Assembly: GCA_963778115.1 (NCBI GenBank)
Contig: CAVZSV010000004.1
Location: 1,568,001 to 1,632,000 of the forward strand
Origin: an uncultured delta proteobacterium
GTDB taxonomy: Bacteria > Bdellovibrionota > FAC87 > UBA2466
DNA length: 64,000 nucleotides
Direction: 5' to 3'
Every line of letters starts with the position of its first letter. Positions within the stretch are counted from its first letter, which is position 1. The notes under the pieces are model-generated. The model ran no database searches, had not been told where the DNA came from, and saw only the letters and a program-made list of their open reading frames with translations. Shown here one piece after another: positions 8,736-18,573 of this stretch. Both the position numbers and the translations under genes were made by a program.

Positions 8736-11700
8736 TTAGGGGACGAGTTGGTCGGAGAGGCGCTGGACTTCTCGGACTAAGGATTTCCAGTCGGTCTCTT
8801 CTGCCAAGAATACGAGCTTTTGATCGGGCGTTACCGAATATCTTTTGGGATCGGATTGAACGAGTTTGACCAGCTTGCCGGCACTCACCGGCGTCGAGGG
8901 AGCAAACTGGAGCGAAGTCTTTTTGGGTCCACAGCTCATTCTTAGGACGTGCAGACGTTTCAAATAGAGCTTAAGCCTCATGATACCCAAAAGGTTGTCG
9001 ACCTCGGTCGGTAAATTTCCAAACCGATCGCGAATCTCCTCTTCTACCTCGGCAATCTTCTCTTCAGACTCAACACTAGAGAGCTTGCGATAAATAGCAA
9101 TCCTCTCACTGATGTCCGGAAGGTAGTCGGCCGGAAAATATGCCGCTAGCTTCAAAGTGATCTCAGGTTCGATCTCTTGAAGTTTTTCTTGTCCTTGGAG
9201 GGAACGTATACTCTCCTCGAGAAGCTCGAAATACATGTCAATTCCGATGGCGGTCAAATGGCCCGACTGATCTTTACCCAAAAGATCTCCCGAGCCCCGA
9301 ATCTCAAGATCGTGGCTAGCGACACTAAAACCAGCGCCCAAGTCGGTATAACGTTGGATCACCTGAAGCCTTTGTTTAGCGTCTTCCGTCATCTGCGGGG
9401 GGACGAGAAGATAGCAATAGGCTCGTCTATCCGATCGACCTACCCTACCCCGCAACTGATACAACTGCGCCAGGCCGAAGTGATCCGCATCATCGATTAG
9501 GATGGTATTTGCGAGAGGGATATCCAAACCCGACTCAATAATCGCGGTAGTAAGTAGGACATGAAAATCGTCCTTATAAAAACCTAACATCTTTTTTCTA
9601 AGACCTCGGGTTCCATTTGGCCGTGCACCACTTCCACCCTCACTTTGGGAAGTAATATTTTAAGTTCTTGAGCGATCTTAAAGATCGTTTCAATACGATT
9701 ATGGACAAAAAATACTTGTCCTTCCCGTACCAGTTCGTTGGTGATCGCTTCCATGATAACTTCGTCGGATCTTCGACACACGAAAGTGCGAACGGAAAGC
9801 CGGTCAGGAGGAGGAGTCGTAATGATGGAGATATCCTTAATCCCCGTCATCGCCATGTTGAGCGTTCTAGGAATGGGAGTAGCAGTCATTGATAGCACAT
9901 GAACCGATTCGCACATCTTTTTAAGCCTCTCTTTATGGGCGACTCCAAAGCGGTGTTCCTCGTCGACAATGACCACGGCCAAATCTTTAAAAATAACATC
10001 AGCGGACAATAAGCGATGGGTTCCGATGACAATATCGACCTTGCCGTCTTTAAGCTTTGCTAGAGTCTCTTTGATCTCCGCATTGCTCCGAAGGCGACAA
10101 ACCATTTCGACGGAAGCACCCGTATCCTTCAATCGATTCTTGAAAGTCTCGAAGTGCTGAAAGGCAAGGACCGTCGTGGGCACCAAAACTGCCACCTGTT
10201 TTCCGTCGAGGGCAGCCCGATAGGCCGCGCGAAGAGCGACTTCAGTCTTGCCATAACCGACGTCACCGCAAAGCAGCCTATCCATCGGATGCGGTTTGCC
10301 TAGATCGTTCATGACGTCTTCGATGGCTTTCATTTGATCGGGAGTTTCCTCAAAAGGGAACTTCATCTCAAATTCACGATAGTCTTGACCGATCGGTTTA
10401 CAAGCATAGGCAGGAAGAAGACGGCGCTTGGCTTGAATTTTTAAAAGTTCGGCAGCAAGTTCGGCAACGGCGTGTTGTGCTTTTGCTTTCGCCTTGGTCC
10501 ACCTGTCGCCGCCCAGTTTATCTAAGACCGGCGTTCCCCCTTCAGCCCCCGCATATTTCTGTAAGACATTCAGCCGGTAGACCGGAACGTAAAGCTTATC
10601 GCCATCTTTATATTCGAGAAGGACATAGTCGTTGGGGAGTCCCAGGAAGTTCATTGACTTCAAACCGAGGTATCTACCGATTCCATGATCTTTGTGAACG
10701 ATAAAGTCATCTACCTTAAGATCACGGAAAGAGGACAATAGCCTGGAAGAGTCGGTACTGGTCGACCACGCCCTTGACCTCGCGACACGTTTTTTATGTC
10801 CAAAGATTTCGTCTTCGCTCAACACCACCCATTGGAGATCCGGGAAGACAGCGCTCTCGGTAATGGAGCCCTGCGAAAGATTTAAGATGGAAAAGTCTCC
10901 CTTTAACCCCAGGGGATAGATGGCCGTTCCCTCAGGAGTCCAGCGCGACTTAAAATCATAAGTTTCAAATAGCATCTGAATGCGATCGGCATGAGTACGA
11001 GTCATGCTTACGATCTGGATGCGAAATCCTAGATCCATCCATGTGCGAAATCGCTTGGCTACCGCTTCCAGAACAGCATGGCTTGCTTTTTTTTGTATGC
11101 CCGCTTGGCGTTCCGGCTCCAAAGAGAGTTTCTCACAGCGAAAAGGCGCCTGGATTCTTCCACTGGGCCCCGACTCAAAGTCTTCGAAAAAGTAATTCGA
11201 CTTTCGATCCAAAAAGGATGCCACCAAAATCTCGTCGACAAAAAGTGAGGCTGCGTCGGCCACGGGAAAGGGCTCTTTTTCGAAAAGCTCCAGATGCTTT
11301 AGGTAATGGGGGAGCTCGATCTCTTTAATTCTATCTAAAGCCTTCTGTTTTCCATCCCAGATCTGAATCGCATCCGAAGGAAAGTAATCGATGATGGGGG
11401 AGGAACCGTTCGACAGTAGTGGAAAGAGGAAAGTAAGGTCGGTAGCCACTGAACCTTCCTGAATTTTTTCTAAAATCTCGTCGCGATCGGCTTTAGGAAT
11501 TCCAAGGTTGTCTAAACGCTCTTTGACCTTAAGAGCCGAAGCTCCAAAATCCTCTCCGTGGGGGACCAGAGTCTGGCCCACGGGTAACACATAAGCTTGT
11601 TCCAACTTATCGAGAGAGCGCTGCGTTTGGGGATCGAAAAACCGGATCTCCTCGATAAGATCCCCAAAGAACTCGAGCCGAATCGGATTGGGATACAAAG

Positions 11701-12280
11701 GAGAAAAAATATCTACGACTCCGCCCCGAACGGAAAAGATTCCTTCGTCATAAGCAGCTGGCTGACGTTGGTACCCCGACTCGATGAGGCTTGCGATTAA
11801 ACCATCTCTGTCCCACTCGTCGTTAGGTTTTAGGACCCTGGTGCCTCGCAAGAAATCGGTAGGGGTCACTACTTTTTGAAGGATCGCACCTACCGTCGTA
11901 ATAAAGACACGTCCTTTGGCATCATTGAGCGCATGAAAAAGCCCGACATTTCTCTCCGCAAAAAGTTCGGGATTGGGCAATAGGCCCCGGTAGTAATCGA
12001 AATCGACCGACGGAATATAGTGAATCCTTGAACTGCCCTTCGTCCCCGCAAAGTAGGAGAAGTTATCGATCGCATTTCTTGCTTCCGCCCGAGTGGCAAA
12101 AACGACAACAATAGGACGATCGGTCTTTTGAGAAAGGGAAGCAAGCAGCAGACTTTTGCCTAGCTCGGAGATTCCAACGAACTCGGTTCCTTCCGCGGGC
12201 ACACCTTCGCCCTCAAGCAACCAGTGTTGGAGAGAAAAAGAACCGGAATTCACTGGGGGGAGGCTACCTGAGAAGACCAA
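8736..12280 (-). CDS. mfd: Transcription-repair coupling factor Mfd, split by a single-base frameshift near 9592-9597
   Basis: VHKDHGIGRY, GDVGYGKTEVA, DEEHRFG, TATPIPRT in 9584..12280; IIESGLDIP, QLYQLRGRVGR and TRCF domain in 8736..9590; one more A in the A6 run restores EKKMLGF. Confidence 0.95.
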
Positions 12281-12324
12281 TGACGTAAATCCCTCTGCCC
12301 CCGATTCAGTATCAATTTCAATCT

Positions 12325-12345
12325 AAAACCCGCGCAGCGGGTTTT
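12325..12345 (-). terminator. Intrinsic terminator after gpsA
   Basis: AAAACCCGC-GCA-GCGGGTTTT hairpin 3 nt after the gpsA stop. Confidence 0.65.
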
Positions 12346-12348
12346 GAC

Positions 12349-13368
12349 TCATGTCCCTTCTTCTTTCAAATCCCTCACCATCAAATCCGCCAACGCCTGC
12401 TTCGCCGACTTCTTCTCATAAAGCATCAAATAAACCTGCTCGGTAATGGGCATGTCTATCCCATTGCGAAGTGCCAACTCTCTGGCCGATTGGGCGGTAT
12501 AAACGCCTTCGGCGATTCCGCCCAATTCACGTTGGATGTCAGCCAATGCCTTTCCCTGCCCTAGCTTTACCCCCAATGTTCGGTTTCGACTCAGCGGCCC
12601 GGTGCAGGTGAGAATCAGATCTCCCGTTCCGGCGAGTCCTAAGAAGGTAAGGGGATCGGCTCCAAATCTTTTTCCCATGCGCATGATTTCGGCGATTCCC
12701 CGATTAATGACCGCCGCCTGCGCGTTGTACCCAAGTCCAAGTCCGGTGACGACACCGGTTGCAATCGCGACGACGTTCTTCAAAGCTCCCGCTAGCTCTA
12801 CCCCGTTGACGTCGGTAGACGTGTAGACACGAAAGTAGCTATTGGAAAGTTGTCTTTGAATGAGAGCAGAGATCTCTCGGTCGCGGCAAGCAACGGTTAC
12901 CGCCGTGGGAAGCCGCTGCGCAACTTCAAGAGCGAAGCTGGGACCGGAAAGAATGGCATATTGGGCTTGAGGAACAAACTGTTGATAGATTTCGCTGACT
13001 CTAAGATGAGTTCCCAGTTCAATGCCCTTGGAACTATTTAAGATGATGGTAGAGCCAAGTAAATTCGCGACGGGCTTTAGCACGTTTCTGATTTGCTGGG
13101 TGGGGATGGAGCCCACCATCAAATCCGCTCCGTCCAACGCGGATTCCAAACTTTCGGTCGCTTTAAGATTCGGGGAAAGGGTGACCCCTTTGAGATATTT
13201 CGTGTTCTCATGACGCTCATTTAAAGAGCGCACCGTTTCGGCATCTCGTCCCCAGAGAATGACCTCTTCACATTGGTCGGCGAAGAGGTTTCCTAGCGCG
13301 GTTCCCCAGCTGCCGGCTCCCACAACGGCCACTTTCCTAAGATTTCTTTCGTTTTTGTTAATCTCCAT
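12349..13368 (-). CDS. gpsA: NAD(P)H-dependent glycerol-3-phosphate dehydrogenase
   Basis: GAGSWGTAL, SKGIE, LSGPSFA, GALKNV, GDLILTC, SRNR. Confidence 0.97.
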   Translation of the reverse strand: MEINKNERNLRKVAVVGAGSWGTALGNLFADQCEEVILWGRDAETVRSLNERHENTKYLKGVTLSPNLKATESLESALDGADLMVGSIPTQQIRNVLKPVANLLGSTIILNSSKGIELGTHLRVSEIYQQFVPQAQYAILSGPSFALEVAQRLPTAVTVACRDREISALIQRQLSNSYFRVYTSTDVNGVELAGALKNVVAIATGVVTGLGLGYNAQAAVINRGIAEIMRMGKRFGADPLTFLGLAGTGDLILTCTGPLSRNRTLGVKLGQGKALADIQRELGGIAEGVYTAQSARELALRNGIDMPITEQVYLMLYEKKSAKQALADLMVRDLKEEGT

Positions 13369-13424
13369 CGCCTCTGTTTATCACACCGCGGCACGGATTG
13401 GTTCCCACGAGATCACTGAGAAAA

Positions 13425-13453
13425 TTGACAATACGCGTCATAAACCATATACT
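13425..13453 (+). promoter_or_regulatory. Sigma70-type promoter for the 13477 lipoprotein gene
   Basis: TTGACA-N17-TATACT, then GGAGG SD before ATG 13477. Confidence 0.75.
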
Positions 13454-13476
13454 GAGGCACTCTCGGAGGCGAAGTT

Positions 13477-13908
13477 ATGCGGAAGCTCTTTCTAAATGTT
13501 GGATATTTAAGTTTTTTTACATTATTGGCTAGCAGCTTGGTGCTTACCAGTTGCGGCAATCCAGCCGACGGCGATGACTCCCTCCGCTCCGATCAAAGAC
13601 CCGCTCGAGGAGCCCAGCGTCGACGAAACGCCCGGAACGTAACCGCCAACCCGTGTCCAGCAACCTATTCCGCGGACGATCTGGCAATGGCAAAGCTCAC
13701 GTTACCGATTGTGGGAGGTTTACCCGAAATGACTAAAGCCACTTTGACCAACGATCAAAAAACTCAGATCGAATCGATGGTCACGGCATGCACTGCCTTC
13801 TTCCAAAAATACGATGCCAAAATGGTTTGCCAAGACTCTCTAGGACGTATCCATAGAACAGAAAAGCTAAAGAATAGTTGCGACCGCGCCGCCGCCTTTC
13901 TCAAGTAG
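13477..13908 (+). CDS. Hypothetical lipoprotein
   Basis: Lipobox LTSC, four further Cys, strong promoter and SD. Confidence 0.75.
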   Translation: MRKLFLNVGYLSFFTLLASSLVLTSCGNPADGDDSLRSDQRPARGAQRRRNARNVTANPCPATYSADDLAMAKLTLPIVGGLPEMTKATLTNDQKTQIESMVTACTAFFQKYDAKMVCQDSLGRIHRTEKLKNSCDRAAAFLK

Positions 13909-13974
13909 TGTGACGCTAGTCGCTAGATGAAGTGACAGCGCCGCAAAACCAAGCCAAGAAAAGCCCTTCATTCC

Positions 13975-14003
13975 TTGACACCCTGTCATGCCCAAGATAA
14001 TTT
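13975..14003 (+). promoter_or_regulatory. Putative sigma70 promoter of the nuo cluster, overlapped by a TGACA-N3-TGTCA palindrome
   Basis: TTGACA 13975-13980, N17, TAATTT 13998-14003; palindrome TGACACCCTGTCA 13976-13988. Confidence 0.45.
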
Positions 14004-14105
14004 TTTGTCCGATTTTGTAATTTCAACTACTTAACTTGTAGTTTTGACTCACGGTTTTTGTTTTTGTTTTTCTGTTTGTAAGGCTACTCATCTGGGGACT
14101 CATTT

Positions 14106-14525
14106 TTGGAGACGGGATTTGTATCTGCATTTTGGTTTATCATCATCTCGGCGCTAGTCGTGCCTCTAATGATGGGTGCCGGAATTATTCTTCGCCCTCG
14201 ATCTAAATCCAATATTGGTGACAAAGGAATCGCTTACGAATGCGGCGAGCAGCCGGTGGGTAGCGCTTGGGTAAAATTTAATATTCGTTTTTATGTCGTT
14301 GCGATCGTCTTTATCGTTTTTGACGTCGAAATGGCGGCTATTTTCCCCCCCGCAACGTTATTCCGGGGTGCCGTCATGGGAACCACCCCTGGATTATCGG
14401 CCGGACTAGTTTTCCTTGAGCTCTTCCTGTTCGTGGGACTGTTAGTGGCCGGTCTTATCTACTGCTGGGTCCGAGGGGATTTGGAGTGGGTGAAAGGCGT
14501 TACGGGCGCCTCCCCAAAAAAATAA
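14106..14525 (+). CDS. nuoA: Complex I subunit A (set 1)
   Basis: YECGEQPVG, FYVVAIVFIVFDVE, three TM segments. Confidence 0.95.
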   Translation: METGFVSAFWFIIISALVVPLMMGAGIILRPRSKSNIGDKGIAYECGEQPVGSAWVKFNIRFYVVAIVFIVFDVEMAAIFPPATLFRGAVMGTTPGLSAGLVFLELFLFVGLLVAGLIYCWVRGDLEWVKGVTGASPKK

Positions 14526-14529
14526 CAAG

Positions 14530-15666
14530 ATGAACTCCGCGAATTTCGCACATTCATTGCAGGGTTGGATAGGCCATGGTCCCCTTTGGGTTTGGGCCAT
14601 CGTATCGGCGGTTCTGGTCCTCTTTCTGGTAGCGCTTCCCTTCGGAGGCTTTGCCACTTATGTCGAACGAAAAATTGCGGCGGATATGCAAGACCGCATC
14701 GGTCCCAACCGCGTAGGCCCCTACGGAATACTGCAATTCATTGCCGACGCGGTTAAAATGTTGGGAAAAGAGGATTTCATTCCGATTGGCTGCGACAAAT
14801 TCCTCTACAACTTAGCTCCGGTGTTAGTGGTCATGGGGGCATGTGCCGCGTTCGCCGCCCTTCCTCTCAGCAAGTATTTCATCGGCGCTGACGTCAATAT
14901 CGGCATCTTTTTTATTCTTTCGGTCACCACCCTTATCGCTCCCGGAATCCTTTTAGGCTCTTGGTCTTCGGCGAATAAATGGTCGCTTTTGGGAGGACTT
15001 CGAGCGGCGGCACAAATAGTGAGTTATGAAATCCCGGTAGCCCTTTCCATTCTACCGGTCATTCTTATCTCAGGAAGTCTGCAAATCGGACGGATGGTGG
15101 AATTGCAAGGATGGTCGTGGACATCCGAAGGGATGACGCAACTTCATTTTTGGAACGCTTTCCATAACCCCTTCGCTTTTGTCTCCATGATTTTGTTGTT
15201 TATCGGAGGCCTTGCGGAAACTAACCGTATCCCTTTCGATCTTCCTGAAGCCGAATCAGAATTGGTCTCGGGCTTCAATACCGAGTTTTCGGGAATGCGT
15301 TTTGGTCTCTATGCCCTTGCCGAATTTGCCGACGTCTTTGTGATGTGTGCGATCGTAACGGCGCTTTACTTGGGGGGATGGCAACTTCCTTTTATAAACC
15401 TGGATGAACTTTGGGTGACGCTACCCACGTTTTTGGTAGCCCTCATTCAATTAGGGGTCTTTTCGGTGAAGACCCTATCCTTAGTGTTCGTGGTCATGTG
15501 GCTTCGATGGACACTCCCCCGGCTGAGAGTCGATCAATTGATGGGACTTTGCTGGAAAGGACTCGTCCCCCTGGCCCTAATTAATGTGGTCGGAACCGCA
15601 GCTTGGATGTGGATCTTTAAAGGACAGTCGATAGCTCAACTTATTTTCAAGGCACTAGCAGGGTAA
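14530..15666 (+). CDS. nuoH: Complex I subunit H (set 1)
   Basis: ERKIAADMQDRIGPNRVG, ADAVK, SYEIP, AETNRIPFDLPEAESELVSG, RLRVDQ. Confidence 0.97.
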   Translation: MNSANFAHSLQGWIGHGPLWVWAIVSAVLVLFLVALPFGGFATYVERKIAADMQDRIGPNRVGPYGILQFIADAVKMLGKEDFIPIGCDKFLYNLAPVLVVMGACAAFAALPLSKYFIGADVNIGIFFILSVTTLIAPGILLGSWSSANKWSLLGGLRAAAQIVSYEIPVALSILPVILISGSLQIGRMVELQGWSWTSEGMTQLHFWNAFHNPFAFVSMILLFIGGLAETNRIPFDLPEAESELVSGFNTEFSGMRFGLYALAEFADVFVMCAIVTALYLGGWQLPFINLDELWVTLPTFLVALIQLGVFSVKTLSLVFVVMWLRWTLPRLRVDQLMGLCWKGLVPLALINVVGTAAWMWIFKGQSIAQLIFKALAG

Positions 15667-15667
15667 T

Positions 15668-16189
15668 GTGATGTCAAACGGCTTAAAATTAGTGTTATTC
15701 GCGGCCGAAATATTAACGGTGGCTTCAGCACTTATCGTAACCCTCCATCCGAATGTTCTGTACGCTTCGGTGTCCTTACTTTTTGCCTTCTTGGGCGTTG
15801 CGGTCATGTTCGTCTATGCGGGAGCCGATTTCATCGCCGGAGCGCAAGTCGTGGTGTACGTGGGTGGGGTCACCATCCTCATTCTGTTTGCGATCATGCT
15901 CACGCAATGGCTTTACAAGATGAATCTTAAGGACCTTCCCGGAAAGCTACTTCTGCCGGTGGCAATCGTGGGAATGGGATTGGTCCCCGCTCTTTATAAA
16001 GTCATGCACGAGCTGGCTCTTTTCATTGAAAAGACACCGCCCGCCGACATGGAAAAGTTTGCGGATCTGCCGAAAACCGCAGTACTAGGACAGGCTCTGT
16101 TGTCGACTTATGTCCTTCCTTTTGAAGCCATCACCATATTACTGCTGGGCGCTCTGGTTGGAGCGGTTTGGCTAGCGAGGCCGAAATGA
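15668..16189 (+). CDS. nuoJ: Complex I subunit J (set 1)
   Basis: AQVVVYVGGVTILILFAIML, YVLPFE. Confidence 0.95.
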   Translation: MMSNGLKLVLFAAEILTVASALIVTLHPNVLYASVSLLFAFLGVAVMFVYAGADFIAGAQVVVYVGGVTILILFAIMLTQWLYKMNLKDLPGKLLLPVAIVGMGLVPALYKVMHELALFIEKTPPADMEKFADLPKTAVLGQALLSTYVLPFEAITILLLGALVGAVWLARPK

Positions 16190-16509
16190 GTCTACTGAAT
16201 TGGGCGACAGGACTGCACGGCTATCTCTTTGTGGGAGCCGTCCTCTTTATTTTGGGATTGGTGGGTATCCTCTCTCGAAAGAACGCCATCGGAATTTTGT
16301 TAGGGATCGAACTGGTGCTGAACGCAGCGGGAATTAACTTTGTCGCGTTTAGTAAATACCGGACCGGAAGTATCGACGGGCAAGTCGTGGCACTCTTTAT
16401 TATCTTGATTGCCGCCGCGGAAGCGGCCGTAGCGCTTGCCATCATCCTTAGGCTGTATCGCCTAAGGGAGACCATCGACGCCGGTGAAGCAAACTTGATG
16501 AGGAATTAG
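16186..16509 (+). CDS. nuoK: Complex I subunit K (set 1)
   Basis: GIELVLNAA, AAAEAAVALA; ATGA overlap with nuoJ. Confidence 0.96.
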   Translation: MSLLNWATGLHGYLFVGAVLFILGLVGILSRKNAIGILLGIELVLNAAGINFVAFSKYRTGSIDGQVVALFIILIAAAEAAVALAIILRLYRLRETIDAGEANLMRN

Positions 16510-16511
16510 GC

Positions 16512-18560
16512 ATGGCACACTCCTGCATCTGGATCGTTCTTCTTCCTTTTTGTGCCTTTCTCGTCCAGGTTTTTCTGGGGAAAAGGCTGCCAAGGCAAGG
16601 GGACTTCGTTTCTGTCGCTGCTATTTTGGGATCCTTTGCCCTTGCTTGCCCCATTTTCTTTCAGCTACTTCGGACAGGAAATGTTTCCGACGCCCTCCCG
16701 CTAACCTGGATCTCTTTGCCACAAGCTTTCTCTGGAAAGCCCTTTGAAATTCTAATTGGCATCGGAGTCAATAATCTCACGGCCATTATGCTGTTCATGG
16801 TCACGATGTGTTCGTCGCTCATTCACATCTTCTCGACGGGTTACATGCACGGCGAAGATAGATACCATCTGTTCTTTGCTTACATCTCTCTTTTTTCGGC
16901 AGCGATGTTGGGCCTTATCGTTTCGGATAATCTTCTGACGTTTTTTATCTGTTGGGAGCTGATGGGATTGTGTTCGTACCTGCTGATTGGCTTCTATTAC
17001 AAGAAGCCTTCCGCGATAAACGCGAGCCTAAAAGCTTTCATGACGACCCGAGTAGGCGACGTGGGGCTTTTCCTCGGTATCTGTGCCATCTATTCGATTT
17101 TCGGTACAAGCAACTTCGAACAGATCTATCTGCTGGTAAAGCAGCCCTCGTTTGCGGAGGCAACCATCTTGGGCTTGCCTGCTTTCACTTTTATCGGATT
17201 TATGATCCTGATGGGGACGGTGGGGAAATCGGCCCAGTTCCCACTGCATGTCTGGTTGCCTGACGCCATGGAGGGTCCCACTCCCGTAAGCGCTCTTATC
17301 CATGCAGCGACCATGGTGGCGGCCGGTGTTTTCTTACTGATTCGCATGTTCCCCCTTTTGCACGAGGCCCATCATGTTCTTATTGTCGTAGCCTACGTCG
17401 GCGGTATCACGGCATTCTTGGCTGCCCTTTTAGCCATTGTTCAAGTCGACATCAAGAAGGTGCTGGCCTACTCGACGATCAGTCAATTGGGCTACATGGT
17501 TTTGGGAGTCGGTGTCGGAGCATTCCCCGCGGCCTTTTTGCACCTATTGACTCATGCTTGCTTTAAGGCCTGCCTGTTTCTTTCTTCGGGAAGTGTTATC
17601 CACTCGGTCCACACTCAAGACATGAGGGAGATGGGAGGACTTAGGACAAAAATGCCTCTGACCTTCCTGGCCATGATGATAGCGACGGTCGCCATCAGCG
17701 GCTTTCCGTTCTTTTCGGGCTTTGTCAGTAAGGATCGCATCTTGGCGGGAACCTTGGCCCACAGCATGGAGAACGGCCACTGGATATTGCCTATCTTGGG
17801 ATTCGTGACCGCCGGCATGACTTCTTTTTATATGTTTCGGATGATGTATCTGACCTTTTTCGGCGCCGCACGTGACGAACACAAACACCATCACGCGCAC
17901 GAACAGTCTTTCGTGATGGTCTTTCCAGTACTCGTCCTGGCCGCTCTGTCTTTCTCTCTTTGGTTCTCTGGCCCTTCGGGCATTGAAAAGTTCGATAGCT
18001 TCATGCCGGTGAGCTGGTACGACACGGCTATCGACAATACCCAAAAAGCCATGGGCTTAGTCGCCGAACATTCCGAAGGGGCGTCTCTGCAAATAGAGCA
18101 TCATGCCCATTCGCTGGCTCTTGTCTTTTCACTCACGCTTGCGACTCTGGGAGTGCTATTAGCCACGCTCATCTATCTGAAGAAAGCGATATCAGCCGAT
18201 AAACTCAAAACCGTTTTCGGCCCCATCTATACCCTGTTATGGAACCGCTATTACATCGACAACCTCTACGTGAATGTTTTGGTTCAAAAGGTTCTGCTTA
18301 GATGGAACCAACTACTAGCGACGTTTGACGATAAGGTGATCGATCGAATTTTTGTCGATGGTTGGGCTGACGTCGTTATGGTGATAAAAAGTGTGGTTGC
18401 CAAATTTGATGACCTCATCGTCGACCGAATTTTGGTCGACGGAACCGGACAAATTACGGCTTTGGGTGGTTGGGCGCTTCGAATTGTCCAGACGGGCAAG
18501 GTCCAACAGTACTTAATGGCGGCACTGGCAGTTCTTGGATTAGCTATTTGGCTTTTTTGA
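16512..18560 (+). CDS. nuoL: Complex I subunit L (set 1) with lengthened lateral helix
   Basis: WELMGLCSYLLIGF, GKSAQFPLHVWLPDAMEGPTPVSALIHAATMV, KKVLAYSTISQLG; duplicated FDDxxxDRIxVDG segment before QTG. Confidence 0.97.
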   Translation: MAHSCIWIVLLPFCAFLVQVFLGKRLPRQGDFVSVAAILGSFALACPIFFQLLRTGNVSDALPLTWISLPQAFSGKPFEILIGIGVNNLTAIMLFMVTMCSSLIHIFSTGYMHGEDRYHLFFAYISLFSAAMLGLIVSDNLLTFFICWELMGLCSYLLIGFYYKKPSAINASLKAFMTTRVGDVGLFLGICAIYSIFGTSNFEQIYLLVKQPSFAEATILGLPAFTFIGFMILMGTVGKSAQFPLHVWLPDAMEGPTPVSALIHAATMVAAGVFLLIRMFPLLHEAHHVLIVVAYVGGITAFLAALLAIVQVDIKKVLAYSTISQLGYMVLGVGVGAFPAAFLHLLTHACFKACLFLSSGSVIHSVHTQDMREMGGLRTKMPLTFLAMMIATVAISGFPFFSGFVSKDRILAGTLAHSMENGHWILPILGFVTAGMTSFYMFRMMYLTFFGAARDEHKHHHAHEQSFVMVFPVLVLAALSFSLWFSGPSGIEKFDSFMPVSWYDTAIDNTQKAMGLVAEHSEGASLQIEHHAHSLALVFSLTLATLGVLLATLIYLKKAISADKLKTVFGPIYTLLWNRYYIDNLYVNVLVQKVLLRWNQLLATFDDKVIDRIFVDGWADVVMVIKSVVAKFDDLIVDRILVDGTGQITALGGWALRIVQTGKVQQYLMAALAVLGLAIWLF

Positions 18561-18573
18561 ACGAGGATAGACG

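Noticed and set aside
9591..9597. Programmed -1 frameshift at AAAAAAG in mfd
   Set aside because: The heptamer is out of phase with the upstream frame, and A6 is short for transcriptional slippage.
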